Shown: piece after piece, positions 48,802 through 60,040 of the stretch
How the letters are laid out: each line of letters begins with the position of its first letter
How positions within the stretch are numbered: position 1 is the stretch's first letter
Source of the DNA: an uncultured Smithella sp.
Lineage (GTDB): Bacteria > Desulfobacterota > Syntrophia > Syntrophales > Smithellaceae
Assembly: GCA_964632255.1 (NCBI GenBank)
Contig: CAZWCA010000013.1
Location: forward strand, 4,477-68,476
Direction: 5' to 3'
DNA: 64,000 nucleotides
The notes under the pieces: generated by a model
Told to the model about the DNA's origin: nothing
The model's database searches: none
The model's input: the letters and a program-made list of their open reading frames with translations, nothing else
Position numbers and translations under genes: made by a program

Positions 48802-49167
48802 ATGGGTAAAGCAATAATGACAGTAGATGACTCGGCATCGGTTCGCCAAATGGTTTCTTTTACCCTGAAAAAGGCCGGTTACGAAGTTTTGGAAGCCTCA
48901 GACGGAAAAGATGCATTGGGCAAGGTTAACGGTACTAAACTGGATATGGTCATTACAGACCTGAACATGCCGAATCTCGACGGTATCGGCCTTATCAAAG
49001 CTTTGCGCCAGAACGCCGCCTGCCGGTTTATTCCCATTATCATGCTGACTACGGAATCTCAGGCGGAAAAAAAAATGGAAGGTAAAAATGCCGGGGCAAC
49101 AGGCTGGATAGTCAAACCGTTCAATCCGGATCAATTGCTGGCGGTGGTCAAAAAGGTGCTTGGATAA
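48802..49167 (+). CDS. cheY: Chemotaxis response regulator CheY
   Basis: IMTVDDSASVR...DMVITDLNMPNLDG...IIMLTTE...WIVKPF. Confidence 0.9.
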   Translation: MGKAIMTVDDSASVRQMVSFTLKKAGYEVLEASDGKDALGKVNGTKLDMVITDLNMPNLDGIGLIKALRQNAACRFIPIIMLTTESQAEKKMEGKNAGATGWIVKPFNPDQLLAVVKKVLG

Positions 49168-51299
49168 TGGATCGACATGCGGAAGTTTTCAAAGAAGAGG
49201 CTGGTGAATTATTGGCCGAACTGGAAAGTTCTCTCCTTGAGATGGAAAAGAACCCGGATGACGAGGAATTAATCGCCAGAATATTTCGGGCAATGCATAC
49301 GATTAAAGGATCCGGTGCGATGTTCGGCTTCGATGATGTGGCGGCGTTTACTCACGATGTGGAAAATATTTATGATCTGGTTCGCAACGGCAAGCTCGCG
49401 GCCACAAAGAATCTGGTTGATTTGACACTGGCCGCGTGTGATCAAATTCGCCGCATGGTTGAAGGACAGGAAGATATTGATCAGGCTGTAATTGATGAAC
49501 TTTCCGCTTCATTTAAAGAACTTGTTTCGACTAATAATAGTATAGATAAAGAAGAGGTTTCAAAATCAACTTTGATTTTTGAAAGTGATGACGAGGCTGA
49601 TAATAAGGCTGTAACTTACCGCATATTCTTTAAACCCAACATAAACATCTTGGCCAACGGGACGAATCTGACATCGCTGCTTAATGAATTGCGGGATTTG
49701 GATAACGAATGCATTGTAACGGCCTTTACGGATGAAATTCCGCTTCTTGATGAACTGGAACCGGAAAGTTGTTACACTTATTGGAATATCATCTTAACAA
49801 CAAATAGAGGAATTAACGCGATTAAAGACGTTTTTATCTTCGTGGAAGATGACAGCGTTTTGAAAGTCAATATTATTGATAATGGCGAAGAAGATGAGTC
49901 AGGCGAATATAAGAAGCTTGGCGAAATTCTGGTCGAAAAAGGCGAGGCGGGCAGGGATGAGATTGACAAGGCATTAAGCGGCCATAAGAAAATCGGCGAA
50001 CTGCTCGTCGAAGCAGGAATAGTTGCTTCGGATAAAGTTGAGTCGGCTCTGGCCGAGCAGAAACATATAAAAGAAATTCGCGAAAAACGCCAAAACGCGG
50101 AAGCGGCAGCCACTATCCGTGTTCCGGCGGAGCGTCTGGATATTCTTGTAAATCTTATCGGAGAAATGGTGACGGTGCAATCCCGTCTATCCCAGATATC
50201 GTCGGTTATTAATAACTCCGATTTGATATTGGTAGCAGAGGAAGTTGAAAGACTGATTACCGAATTGCGCGACAACACAATGAGTATTCGTATGCTGCCT
50301 ATCGGTAATACATTCAGCAAATTTAAACGGCTGGTCAGGGATTTGTCCGCCGAACTGGGCAAACAGATAACCTTAATTACCGAAGGTGAGGAAACCGAAC
50401 TTGATAAAACGGTCATTGAAAAGCTCAATGATCCGTTGGTCCATCTTATCCGCAACAGCATTGATCATGGTATTGAAACTCCTGAAATCAGAGAACTTGC
50501 CGGTAAACCTAAAGAAGGAATTCTTAAATTAATTGCCGAACATTCCGGCGCTAATGTCCTTATTCACATTACCGATGATGGTGCCGGCATTGACCCGGAT
50601 AAAATCCGGCTGAAAGCAATTGAGAAGGGTCTTATTAATCAGGAAAATATTTTAAGCGAAAAAGAACTGTATCAATTAATCTTCGCTCCCGGTTTTTCCA
50701 TGGCCAAAAAAATCACCAATATTTCAGGCCGCGGTGTGGGTATGGATGTAGTAAAAAAAGGGATAGATTCGTTAGGCGGCGCACTGGAAATCCAAAGCAA
50801 GAAAAACGAAGGCACAACCATTACCCTCAAACTGCCTTTAACCCTGGCCATTATCGATGGTCTCCTGGTGCAGATCGGGGATGCATATTTTGTCCTGCCG
50901 TTGTCCGTAATTGAAGAATGTGTGGAATTGACAAGAGACGACATTCGTAAAATGCATGGCCGGCACATGATTCATATCCGCGGAGAAGTTGTTCCTTACT
51001 TACCCCTTCGGGAAAGATTCCAGATTACAGGTGATCCGCCCGCCATCGAGCAAATCATAATTACCCGTACCGGTGACGAACGAATCGGCCTAGTCGTGGA
51101 CCAGGTTATCGGCCAGCATCAGACAGTAATTAAAACCATGGGTAAGTTCTATAAGGATATCAAGGAAATTTCCGGTGCTACGATTCTTGGCGATGGAACC
51201 GTCGCCCTGATTATTGACATCGGCCAGTTGACTCAGGCGGCGATAAGAGAAGCAGTACAGGAAAAAAGACTGAAGGTTGAAGGAGAAATGGCAGGCTAG
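49167..51299 (+). CDS. cheA: Chemotaxis histidine kinase CheA
   Basis: HPt FRAMHTIKGSGAMFG. Dimerisation/ATPase LVHLIRNSIDHGIE, DDGAGID, GRGVGMDVV. C-terminal CheW-like domain. The start overlaps the cheY stop. Confidence 0.95.
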   Translation: MDRHAEVFKEEAGELLAELESSLLEMEKNPDDEELIARIFRAMHTIKGSGAMFGFDDVAAFTHDVENIYDLVRNGKLAATKNLVDLTLAACDQIRRMVEGQEDIDQAVIDELSASFKELVSTNNSIDKEEVSKSTLIFESDDEADNKAVTYRIFFKPNINILANGTNLTSLLNELRDLDNECIVTAFTDEIPLLDELEPESCYTYWNIILTTNRGINAIKDVFIFVEDDSVLKVNIIDNGEEDESGEYKKLGEILVEKGEAGRDEIDKALSGHKKIGELLVEAGIVASDKVESALAEQKHIKEIREKRQNAEAAATIRVPAERLDILVNLIGEMVTVQSRLSQISSVINNSDLILVAEEVERLITELRDNTMSIRMLPIGNTFSKFKRLVRDLSAELGKQITLITEGEETELDKTVIEKLNDPLVHLIRNSIDHGIETPEIRELAGKPKEGILKLIAEHSGANVLIHITDDGAGIDPDKIRLKAIEKGLINQENILSEKELYQLIFAPGFSMAKKITNISGRGVGMDVVKKGIDSLGGALEIQSKKNEGTTITLKLPLTLAIIDGLLVQIGDAYFVLPLSVIEECVELTRDDIRKMHGRHMIHIRGEVVPYLPLRERFQITGDPPAIEQIIITRTGDERIGLVVDQVIGQHQTVIKTMGKFYKDIKEISGATILGDGTVALIIDIGQLTQAAIREAVQEKRLKVEGEMAG

Positions 51300-51301
51300 A
51301 T

Positions 51302-51910
51302 ATGGCTTTTACTTTCTTTTTCCGTGATCAAACACCTCTCGAGCATGCTGTTCATTTTCTTTTACAGGCGGCGGCAGGCCGAAGCAGGGTAAATATCTGG
51401 GATGCCGGTTGTGCCATGGGCCAGGAGCCTTATACTCTGGCCATGCTACTGGCTGAAAAAATGAATCACTTTGCCCTGCGCAATGTAAAAATTCACGCCA
51501 CCGATTATGATGAACCTCTTTTAAAAATGGTCGCCCAGGCACGTTATTCCAGAGAAGAACTGCAGAGAATTCCTCAAAACTTATTTGAGAAATATTTTCA
51601 GTCCGATGAGCTTTCCGGCTACTTCCGTGTAACAGACAAAATCAAAAGCCTGGTTGAACCAAGCTATCACAATCTTCTGTCTCTTTCCCCGGTTAAAAGC
51701 GGCTTTAGCATGATTGTCTGCAAAAATGTGCTGCTCCATTTTAATCAATCCGAACGGGCAGCCGTTATCCGGATGTTTTATGACGCGCTGGATACAGGCG
51801 GGATTTTCGTAACCGAGCATACGCAAAAAATGCCGAATGAAGTCAGTCATCTCTTTGAACAATTAGTATCCGACGGTCAGGTATTCAGAAAAGTGGAGGC
51901 GGCTTCTTGA
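51302..51910 (+). CDS. Short CheR-type SAM methyltransferase (catalytic domain only)
   Basis: FFRDQTPLE...IWDAGCAMGQEPYTLAMLL...ATDYDEPLL...IVCKNVLLHF. It lacks the N-terminal helical subdomain found in full-length CheR. Confidence 0.7.
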   Translation: MAFTFFFRDQTPLEHAVHFLLQAAAGRSRVNIWDAGCAMGQEPYTLAMLLAEKMNHFALRNVKIHATDYDEPLLKMVAQARYSREELQRIPQNLFEKYFQSDELSGYFRVTDKIKSLVEPSYHNLLSLSPVKSGFSMIVCKNVLLHFNQSERAAVIRMFYDALDTGGIFVTEHTQKMPNEVSHLFEQLVSDGQVFRKVEAAS

Positions 51911-52503
51911 GGATAATCCCGGTTAAAGGACATCGAAATGTTTATACATCCAACGTCTATTTAATAACCGGCGAATGGAAGCGGATTGCCGATGTAAATA
52001 CCTTGATCGACGTCGGTAATGATCCATCCATCATTGATGTCATCAGCAAGATTGATTGCGGCGTAGGGAAGAAAAAAGTGGAGCAGGTTATTTTAACGCA
52101 TGATCATTCCGATCATGCAGGCATTCTGAAGTTGATAATCAAAGAATATAATCCGGTCGTGTATGCCTTTTCACCTTTTTTGGAGGGCGCCACACGGGCA
52201 CTCAATGACGGTGACATAATCCGGGCAGGTGATAATAATTTTAAAATTTTCCATACCCCCGGCCATTCGAGCGATTCCGTATGCCTTTATAATGAAGATG
52301 ACAGAGTTCTTTTCGCCGGAGATACCCCTGTTATTGTCCGTGGTTTAAACGGCAGTTATGAAAATGATTTCATTAATGCCTTAAATAAACTTTGCGAAAA
52401 ACAAATTGAGTCAATCTATTTTGGTCATGGTGATCCTGTTCTTAAAGGCGGCCGCTCGCTGTTGGTCGATTCCTTAAATAAGATTCATAAAACCACAGGA
52501 TAA
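51907..52503 (+). CDS. MBL-fold metallo-hydrolase
   Basis: ILTHDHSDHAG (HxHxDH), HTPGHS, FGHGDP. It overlaps the previous gene by 4 nt. Confidence 0.8.
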   Translation: MRIIPVKGHRNVYTSNVYLITGEWKRIADVNTLIDVGNDPSIIDVISKIDCGVGKKKVEQVILTHDHSDHAGILKLIIKEYNPVVYAFSPFLEGATRALNDGDIIRAGDNNFKIFHTPGHSSDSVCLYNEDDRVLFAGDTPVIVRGLNGSYENDFINALNKLCEKQIESIYFGHGDPVLKGGRSLLVDSLNKIHKTTG

Positions 52504-52537
52504 GTCAATTTAACAAACTAATAAGGAGGAGAAGGCG

Positions 52538-55500
52538 GTGGCAAAAATTGTGAAAAAGGCTAATGAAGCGAAAAAATCCTTACCTGACGGGATAGCTGAA
52601 AAGAAAGGCTTAACCATCCGAAATAAAGAAAAACAAATGAAAAAAAATACAGACAAAACAAAAGTGAAAGCAGAAGCAGGCGCCGGTTCCGCTGTGCTGG
52701 AAAGAATACATGATCTGGCCTCGGATATCCAGGCCGGACAGTTGAACGCCAGAGCAGAAACTGACGACGTAAGCGGCGCAGACAAAGAAATTTTGGAAGG
52801 CGTCAATCAGATAATTGATGCCGTTGTTGAGCCTTTAAATATTACCTCTCGTTATATTGAAAATATCGGCAAAGGAAAAATCCCAGCAAAGATTACGAAT
52901 ACTTATGAAGGCGATTTTAATACCGTTAAGGACAATCTCAATATGTGTATTGATGCCGTGAATGCCATGACCGCCGATGCCCGGTTGCTGGCTAATGCCG
53001 CCATAGAAGGAAGGCTGGCCGTCCGTGCAGATGCTACAAAACACTGGGGAGATTTCCGGGAAATCATTGAAGGTGTCAACGGCACATTGGATGCGGTTAT
53101 CGGCCCGCTCAATGTCGCTGCTGAATACGTTGACCGGATTTCCAAGGGCGACATTCCACCGATGATCACTGATTCCTACAATGGTGATTTCAATGAGATT
53201 AAAAATAATCTCAACAATTGTATCGATGGCCTGGGCGGTCTGGTCGAGGCCAGTGAAGTGCTGCAGGCAATGGCCGTAAATGATCACACGAAGAAAGTTG
53301 AGGGAAAATATCAGGGCATCTTTGCGCGAACCGGCGAGGCGGTCAATACCGTCAGGCAACGGTTGCTTCGTGTTACGGAAACGGTTACTCATGTGTCCGA
53401 AGGAAGCCTTATTGATCTGCCGGAATATAAAAAAGTCGGCAGACGGTCGGAAAATGACAAACTAATGCCGGCACTCATCGTCATGATGGAAAATATCAAT
53501 GCCCTTATTGCCGATGCCGAAATGCTGTCCCAGGCGGCGATTGAAGGAAAACTGGCCACAAGAGCCGACGCATCCCGGCATCAGGGTGATTTTCGCAAGA
53601 TAGTTCAAGGAGTTAACGATACTTTGGATGCGGTCATCGGCCCGCTCAATGTCGCCGCCGAATACGTTGACCGGATTTCCAAGGGCGATATTCCACCGAT
53701 GATCACCGATTCCTATAACGGCGATTTCAACGAGATCAAAAATAACCTCAACAATTGTATCGACGGCCTGGGCGGTCTGGTCGAGGCCAGTGAACGACTG
53801 CAGGCAATGGCTTTAAATGATTATTCGAGGCAGGTGGAAGGAAAATACCAGGGAATATATGCAAGAACCGGTGAGGCCGTCAATACCGTCAGGCAAAGGA
53901 TTCTTCATATGACGGAGACAGTTAATAAGGTGGCGGCAGGAGACCTCAGCGATCTCGAAGATTACAGGAAGATCGGCAGACGATCGGAAAACGACAAGCT
54001 TGTTCCAGCACTTACCGCTATGATGGATAATATCAAAGCTCTTGTCATAGACGCCAATTTGTTGTCTCAGGCGGCGGTTGAAGGCAAACTGGCCACAAGA
54101 GCCGATGCATCCCGGCATCTGGGCGATTTTCGCAAGATAGTTCAAGGAGTTAACGATACTTTGGATGCGGTCATCGGCCCGCTCAATGTCGCCGCCGAAT
54201 ATGTTGACCGGATTTCCAAGGGCGACATTCCACCGGTGATCACCGATAATTACAATGGTGACTTCAACGAGATAAAAAACAACCTCAACAACTGTATTGA
54301 CGGCCTGGGCGGTCTGGTCGAAGCAAGCGAAGTGCTGCAGGCAATGGCCGTAAACGACTATACGAAGAGGGTAGAAGGAAAGTATCAGGGAATTTATTCA
54401 CGAACCGGTGATGCTGTCAATACGGTCAGGGAACGGATTCTTCATTTAACGGAAACGATTAACAAAGTTTCCGTAGGCGATCTCAGTGATCTGGAAGCCT
54501 ACAGGAAGATCGGCAGACGATCGGAAAATGACAAACTACTGCCTGCTCTTACCTTTTTAATGGAGGCGATGCAGGAAATAACTAACGTTGCCAAGGAAAT
54601 TGCAGACGGGAATTTAACAGTTCAGGTAAAAGAGCGTTCCGAGAAAGATGAACTCATGCAGGCCCTGGCTCTCATGGTCGAAAAATTGGGTGAAATTGTT
54701 AATAATGTCCTGCAGGCGGCAAACCAGGTAGCAACCGGTAGTGAAGAAATGAGTGCAACTTCGGAACAAATATCACAGGGTGCGGCGGAACAGGCGGCTT
54801 CGGCGGAAGAGGTATCTTCATCTATGGAACAGATGATCTCCAATATCAAACAAAATGCCGATAATGCCCAGCAGACCGAAAAGATCGCCGTAAAATCGGC
54901 ATCGGATGCAAAAGAAGGCGGCAATGCTGTTGCTGAAACGGTATCTGCGATGAAAGAAATCGCCACCAAGATTTCCATTATCGAGGAAATTGCCCGACAA
55001 ACCAATATGCTGGCATTAAATGCCGCCATAGAAGCAGCAAGAGCCGGAGAACATGGAAAGGGCTTTGCAGTTGTCGCTGCTGAAGTCCGGAGATTGGCGG
55101 AACGAAGTCAAAATGCAGCCGGTGAAATTAACCGCCTTTCCGCTTCCAGTGTTCAGGTTGCCGAAGAAGCGGGACAGATGCTGGCCAAAATGGTCCCCGA
55201 TATTCAACGAACAGCCGATCTGGTCCAGGAAATCAGTGCGGCCAGTAAGGAACAGGATACCGGCGCCGAACAAATTAATCAGGCTATTCAGCAACTGGAT
55301 CAGGTTATCCAGCAGAATGCCTCCGCTTCGGAAGAAATGTCTTCGACATCGGAAGAATTATCCGGTCAGTCACAGCAACTGCTGGAAGTTATTTCCTTCT
55401 TTAGATTAGCAGAGGAGGGCCGGAAAAATATATATTCAGCCGGCCCGAAAAAACCGGCGCCGAAAGCAATTATGCATGCAAAAGCCCCCGTGAAAGCCAA

Positions 55501-55633
55501 ACAATTAAGCAACTCAACTCCGGCACGAAGAAAACATACACTAACGAATACAGTAATTGAAAGACCCGGAGGCATTTCCTTAAATATGGTTGGCGGCGAA
55601 GATAAAATGGATGCGGAGTTTGAAAAATATTAA
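52538..55633 (+). CDS. Large soluble methyl-accepting chemotaxis protein with repeated helical modules
   Basis: GTG start with SD AAGGAGGAG. No hydrophobic TM stretch by eye. One half unit plus three roughly 179-aa repeat units, then a HAMP-like segment. MCP signalling tip: [40 protein letters not shown]. Confidence 0.9.
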   Translation: MAKIVKKANEAKKSLPDGIAEKKGLTIRNKEKQMKKNTDKTKVKAEAGAGSAVLERIHDLASDIQAGQLNARAETDDVSGADKEILEGVNQIIDAVVEPLNITSRYIENIGKGKIPAKITNTYEGDFNTVKDNLNMCIDAVNAMTADARLLANAAIEGRLAVRADATKHWGDFREIIEGVNGTLDAVIGPLNVAAEYVDRISKGDIPPMITDSYNGDFNEIKNNLNNCIDGLGGLVEASEVLQAMAVNDHTKKVEGKYQGIFARTGEAVNTVRQRLLRVTETVTHVSEGSLIDLPEYKKVGRRSENDKLMPALIVMMENINALIADAEMLSQAAIEGKLATRADASRHQGDFRKIVQGVNDTLDAVIGPLNVAAEYVDRISKGDIPPMITDSYNGDFNEIKNNLNNCIDGLGGLVEASERLQAMALNDYSRQVEGKYQGIYARTGEAVNTVRQRILHMTETVNKVAAGDLSDLEDYRKIGRRSENDKLVPALTAMMDNIKALVIDANLLSQAAVEGKLATRADASRHLGDFRKIVQGVNDTLDAVIGPLNVAAEYVDRISKGDIPPVITDNYNGDFNEIKNNLNNCIDGLGGLVEASEVLQAMAVNDYTKRVEGKYQGIYSRTGDAVNTVRERILHLTETINKVSVGDLSDLEAYRKIGRRSENDKLLPALTFLMEAMQEITNVAKEIADGNLTVQVKERSEKDELMQALALMVEKLGEIVNNVLQAANQVATGSEEMSATSEQISQGAAEQAASAEEVSSSMEQMISNIKQNADNAQQTEKIAVKSASDAKEGGNAVAETVSAMKEIATKISIIEEIARQTNMLALNAAIEAARAGEHGKGFAVVAAEVRRLAERSQNAAGEINRLSASSVQVAEEAGQMLAKMVPDIQRTADLVQEISAASKEQDTGAEQINQAIQQLDQVIQQNASASEEMSSTSEELSGQSQQLLEVISFFRLAEEGRKNIYSAGPKKPAPKAIMHAKAPVKAKQLSNSTPARRKHTLTNTVIERPGGISLNMVGGEDKMDAEFEKY
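52985..54595 (+). repeat. Three tandem 537-nt coding repeats inside the MCP gene
   Basis: The landmark atgcggt (LDAVIGPLN) recurs at 53091, 53628 and 54165, giving a 537-nt period. 53588-53664 is identical to 54125-54201. Confidence 0.9.
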
Positions 55634-55717
55634 TCACTCTACAGGGGATGACAGACAAAAGTCCGGACAAGCTGATCCAAGCACTGTCTGAAACAGATTG
55701 CAAAAGGGAGATATCCA

Positions 55718-56212
55718 ATGGCCGTATCAAAAATTACCGAGGTCAGACAATACCTGACCTTTAAATTAGACGGAGAAGTATTTGCCCTCGATGTCGGCAA
55801 AGTGAGAGAAATTCTCGATTATACAAATATCACCAAAGTACCGCAAACACCGGATTTTATGAAAGGTGTGATCAATCTCCGGGGCAGTGTCGTTCCGGTG
55901 GTGGATATGCGGTTGAAATTCGGGATACCTTCTCAGGAAAAGACTGTGGATACGTGTATTGTAGTGGTGGAAATTAACATCGATGGCGAGACCACAATAT
56001 TGGGAGCACTGGTGGATTCTGTTCAGGAAGTCTTTGAACTTGAACCATCCCAGATTGAACCGGCACCCCGGATAGGAACAAAATTAAGAACTGACTTTAT
56101 TCTGGGAATGGGTAAGCGGGATGACCAATTTGTCATCATCCTGGATATCGATAAGGTATTTTCCTGCGAAGAACTGGATACTGTTCAGAATATGACGGGT
56201 GCGGCAGCTTAA
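55718..56212 (+). CDS. cheW: Chemotaxis coupling protein CheW
   Basis: YLTFKLDGEVFALDV..VREIL......VPQTPDFMKGVINLRGSVVPVVDMR. Confidence 0.95.
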   Translation: MAVSKITEVRQYLTFKLDGEVFALDVGKVREILDYTNITKVPQTPDFMKGVINLRGSVVPVVDMRLKFGIPSQEKTVDTCIVVVEINIDGETTILGALVDSVQEVFELEPSQIEPAPRIGTKLRTDFILGMGKRDDQFVIILDIDKVFSCEELDTVQNMTGAAA

Positions 56213-56314
56213 TCCCTCACTATTTGAATTTTAATCCCCTGTTTAGAGTTCCAACATCTCTGGACAGGGGAATATATAACACCGATAGCGGGACAGCGTT
56301 ATTTGAAATTTTTA

Positions 56315-57196
56315 ATGGTGATTTCTTTGATTGCTCCAGACGAAAGCTTCTTCGTAAAAGATATGGATGATGCCGAGTTTTTCCGTTTCGGCAATTTTAT
56401 CCAAAGTCAGTGCGGTATTAAAATGCCCCTGTCCAAGAAAATAATGCTGCAGGGACGCTTGAAGAAACGCTTGCGATCCCTCGGCATTCATTCATTTTCA
56501 GCTTATGGTGATTTTGTATTCAGCGAAAAAGGAATGGTGGAAGAAGTCTTCCATATGATTGACGTCGTCACAACAAATAAAACAGACTTTTTTCGGGAGT
56601 CATATCAATTTAATTATCTGAGTAATAAAATTCTGCCAAAAATAATCAATGAATCGAAAAATTCCTCAGCGGTGAAAAGGATTAAGGCGTGGTCTGCCGG
56701 ATGTTCCACCGGAGAGGAACCCTACACTCTGGCCATGGTGCTCAGTCATTTTGCGGAAAGTAATCCTGCCTTTCAGTTTTCCATTCTGGCGACGGATATT
56801 TCGACAAAAGTTTTGAAGGAGGCGCAGCTCGGCATATATCAGAAAGACAAAATAGCGCCCGTACCCCTGGCTTTCCGGCAAAAATATCTTTTGCGCAGTA
56901 AAGACAATGGTTTAGTAAGAATTATACCGGCATTGAGATCCAGCGTTCATTTTATGCGGTTGAATTTCATGGATAGTGATTTCGACCTGAAAGAAATGAT
57001 GGACATTATTTTCTGCCGCAACGTGATTATCTATTTTGACAAACCTACTCAAGAAAGTATTTTACAACGAATTTGCCGCTACCTGGCGCCTGAAGGCTAT
57101 TTATTCATGGGGCACTCGGAGACACTAAACGGAATGAAATTACCCGTTACTCAAATATCGGCGTCCATATACAGGAAGATAAATGATGCCTTTTAA
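56315..57196 (+). CDS. cheR: Chemotaxis protein methyltransferase CheR (full length)
   Basis: N-terminal helical subdomain (FFRFGNFIQSQCGIKM...KRLRSLG), FFRE, IKAWSAGCSTGEEPYTLAM, IFCRNVIIYFD. The track ORF begins at TTG 56303. Confidence 0.9.
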   Translation: MVISLIAPDESFFVKDMDDAEFFRFGNFIQSQCGIKMPLSKKIMLQGRLKKRLRSLGIHSFSAYGDFVFSEKGMVEEVFHMIDVVTTNKTDFFRESYQFNYLSNKILPKIINESKNSSAVKRIKAWSAGCSTGEEPYTLAMVLSHFAESNPAFQFSILATDISTKVLKEAQLGIYQKDKIAPVPLAFRQKYLLRSKDNGLVRIIPALRSSVHFMRLNFMDSDFDLKEMMDIIFCRNVIIYFDKPTQESILQRICRYLAPEGYLFMGHSETLNGMKLPVTQISASIYRKINDAF

Positions 57197-57794
57197 ATCA
57201 TTATATCCCAAATATTATCTCAAAGAGGGCGAACTTTTAATTATGGATAAGCCGGCGATTGTCTCCACTGTTCTGGGTTCCTGTATAGCTGTAACTTTAT
57301 TTAATAAAAGGACCGGATTGGCAGGCATCTGTCATGCCCTTCTTCCGCAATGTACGAAAATGAATTTCAAAAAGGACATGGAAATTCAACCGAACGATGA
57401 GTGCGACAATTGTCCGGATACCTTCAGATATGCGGATTGTGCAGTGTTCATGATGGTGGAAGCTTTTTCGCGTTTCGGTGTAGCACCGCAGGAGACAGAG
57501 GTAAGACTCTTTGGCGGAGCAAAGACGATGCTCACCCATTCCAGCCGCGCCGCAAAATATTTCGTGGGCCGGCAAAATATCGAAACAGCCAGGATGGTTC
57601 TTGAGTATTGTCATTTGACATTGGCATCATCGGGTGTAGGCGGATCAATGGGACGTAAAATCATATTTAATACAAAAACCGGTAAGGTTGTTCAACAGTT
57701 TATCAAACAAACTATTTTCCAAACTCAAAAAGAAAATACTTACAAGTTAAGTCAACCGGCCTCCGGGCAACGGCCGGCATCAATAAAAAGGTGA
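57183..57794 (+). CDS. cheD: Chemoreceptor glutamine deamidase CheD
   Basis: VSTVLGSCIAVTLF....GLAGICHALLP...FGGA are CheD signatures. Confidence 0.85.
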   Translation: MMPFKSLYPKYYLKEGELLIMDKPAIVSTVLGSCIAVTLFNKRTGLAGICHALLPQCTKMNFKKDMEIQPNDECDNCPDTFRYADCAVFMMVEAFSRFGVAPQETEVRLFGGAKTMLTHSSRAAKYFVGRQNIETARMVLEYCHLTLASSGVGGSMGRKIIFNTKTGKVVQQFIKQTIFQTQKENTYKLSQPASGQRPASIKR

Positions 57795-57800
57795 TGAACA

Positions 57801-58880
57801 ATGGCTTTATTACAAAATAAAATCAGAGTATTGGTAGTGGACGACTCGGCTGTAGTCCGGCAGACATTGTTGAATATCATAAATTCCGATCCGGAAATGG
57901 AAGTGATGGCTGCAGCTCCAAATCCCTTTGCCGCAGCAGAAAAAATGCGTGAAGAAATTCCGGATGTAATTACCCTGGACGTGGAAATGCCGCGAATGGA
58001 CGGCATTACCTTCCTGCAAAAGATTATGAGCCAGCATCCCATTCCGGTAGTGATCTGCTCTTCACTGGCGGAAGATCAATCCGAAACGGCGTTGAAAGCT
58101 TTAGAGTACGGTGCTGTTGAGATTATCCAAAAACCCAGGATCGGCACCAAACAATTTTTAGAAGAATCCACGATAAGAATATGCGATGCAATTAAAGCGG
58201 CGGCTCATGTCCGGGTAAAGCCTGTTCACAAAGCCAGAGTCGTTGAACCTAAGCTGACGGCTGACGCCATGATGCCTAAACCAAAAACCAATGCCATGAT
58301 GAAAACAACGGAAAGGGTTGTGGTTGTAGGAGCTTCGACAGGCGGAACGGAAGCTATAAAAGTATTTTTAGAAGCATTGCCGCCCGACGCACCGGGAATC
58401 GTCATTGTACAGCATATGCCGGAACACTTTACCAAGTCATTTGCCCAACGACTGGACTCGCTTTGTAAAATATCCGTCAAGGAAGCCAGAGACAACGATA
58501 CCGTTATGACCGGAAGAGCTTTGATTGCTCCCGGAAATTACCATACTTTGCTCAAACGCAGTGGTGCACGATATTACGTGGAAGTCAAGGAAGGACCTCT
58601 TGTATCGAGGCACCGTCCTTCCGTAGACGTCCTTTTCCGTTCAACAGCCAGATATGCCGGGCCGAATGCCGTCGGGGTAATCATGACCGGAATGGGCGAT
58701 GACGGCGCCAGAGGCATGCTGGAAATGAAGGAAGCCGGAGCTTATACTATCGGTCAGGACGAAGCGACCTGCGTTGTATACGGAATGCCGCGCGAAGCAT
58801 TCAAGCTGGGTGCTTTGGACAAAGTGCTTCCCCTCACCGGAATTGCGGATAAGGTCTTGTTGAAGTGCAAGGAAAAATAA
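57801..58880 (+). CDS. cheB: Chemotaxis response regulator protein-glutamate methylesterase CheB
   Basis: Receiver [12 protein letters not shown]...[13 protein letters not shown]. Esterase VVVGASTGG...VQHMP...GMGDDGA. Confidence 0.95.
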   Translation: MALLQNKIRVLVVDDSAVVRQTLLNIINSDPEMEVMAAAPNPFAAAEKMREEIPDVITLDVEMPRMDGITFLQKIMSQHPIPVVICSSLAEDQSETALKALEYGAVEIIQKPRIGTKQFLEESTIRICDAIKAAAHVRVKPVHKARVVEPKLTADAMMPKPKTNAMMKTTERVVVVGASTGGTEAIKVFLEALPPDAPGIVIVQHMPEHFTKSFAQRLDSLCKISVKEARDNDTVMTGRALIAPGNYHTLLKRSGARYYVEVKEGPLVSRHRPSVDVLFRSTARYAGPNAVGVIMTGMGDDGARGMLEMKEAGAYTIGQDEATCVVYGMPREAFKLGALDKVLPLTGIADKVLLKCKEK

Positions 58881-58904
58881 AAGCGGTCTGAAGGTGGTTG
58901 ACCA

Positions 58905-60035
58905 ATGCTGAAGGTGAATATGCAAAATGAAGAAAAGCCGTCATTAATGCAGCGACGTGCTGAGGCGTTGGAAATGAATAAACCGGAATTTCTCAGTGCA
59001 ACGAATACCCTGATTGAAGAACGGAGGTTTCTGCCGGAGTTGATCGCCTGCCTTCCGGGAATGGCTTATGCCCGGCGTAATAACCCGAAATGGGCAATGG
59101 ACTATGTCAGCGCGGGATGTCTGGCGCTTACCGGGTATGGCCCGGATGAATTAGCCGGGAACAATAATATCTTGTTCGGCCGGTTGATCCATCGCCATGA
59201 TTTTACCAGAGCTATGCAGGAAATACAGACAGCTCTCACGGCCGGGGAAGATTATAGTGTTCATTTCCGAATCAAAGATCGTGCCGGGGTGGAAAAATGG
59301 GTATGGGAACATGGGCGGGGAGTTTACACCGCTAAAGGAAAGCTTATTACCCTGGTGGGATTCATCAGCGATGTTACCGAATATATGCGGTCCGAAGAGA
59401 AACTGAAGCAGACTACGGAAAGCCTGAGAAGGACCATTCTGGGAACTGTTCAGGCCGTCTGCATGTCCATGGAACTTCGTGATCCTTATACGGCAGGACA
59501 TGAAAGAAGAGTTGCTGATCTTGCCTCGACAATAGCAGCAAAGTCGGGCTTTTCCCAATGGCAGGTTGAAGGGATCAGAATTGCCGGCTTAATCCATGAT
59601 ATCGGTAAAATTTATGTGCCGGTGGAAATACTAAGCAAACCGGGAAGTTTGAATGCAGTAGAGATGAACTTGATCCGCATGCACTCCCGGGCCGGATTTG
59701 AAATTTTGAAAGAAGCGGAATTCCCCTGGCCCATAGCCGAGATTGTTATTCAGCATCATGAACGCATTGATGGAACCGGCTATCCCCGGGGTTTAAAAGG
59801 TGAGGATATACTAATAGAGGCCAAAATAATAGCGGTCGCCGATGTTGTTGAAGCCATATCCAGTCCCCGGCCTTACCGGCCCGCTCTGGGGCTGGATACG
59901 GCACTCGCGGAAATAGACGGTAAACGCGGCAAACATTTCGATTCTTCTATTGTTGATACCTGTATTGATGTTTTTCGTCAGAATGACTTCCAATTCGATT
60001 ACAGCGATGAAACCGTATTAAAACATTTGATTTAA
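58905..60035 (+). CDS. PAS-domain HD-GYP protein (putative c-di-GMP phosphodiesterase)
   Basis: PAS-like N-terminus. HD-GYP motifs TAGHERRV, HDIGKIYVP, HHERIDGTGYPRGL. Confidence 0.85.
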   Translation: MLKVNMQNEEKPSLMQRRAEALEMNKPEFLSATNTLIEERRFLPELIACLPGMAYARRNNPKWAMDYVSAGCLALTGYGPDELAGNNNILFGRLIHRHDFTRAMQEIQTALTAGEDYSVHFRIKDRAGVEKWVWEHGRGVYTAKGKLITLVGFISDVTEYMRSEEKLKQTTESLRRTILGTVQAVCMSMELRDPYTAGHERRVADLASTIAAKSGFSQWQVEGIRIAGLIHDIGKIYVPVEILSKPGSLNAVEMNLIRMHSRAGFEILKEAEFPWPIAEIVIQHHERIDGTGYPRGLKGEDILIEAKIIAVADVVEAISSPRPYRPALGLDTALAEIDGKRGKHFDSSIVDTCIDVFRQNDFQFDYSDETVLKHLI

Positions 60036-60040
60036 ACAGA

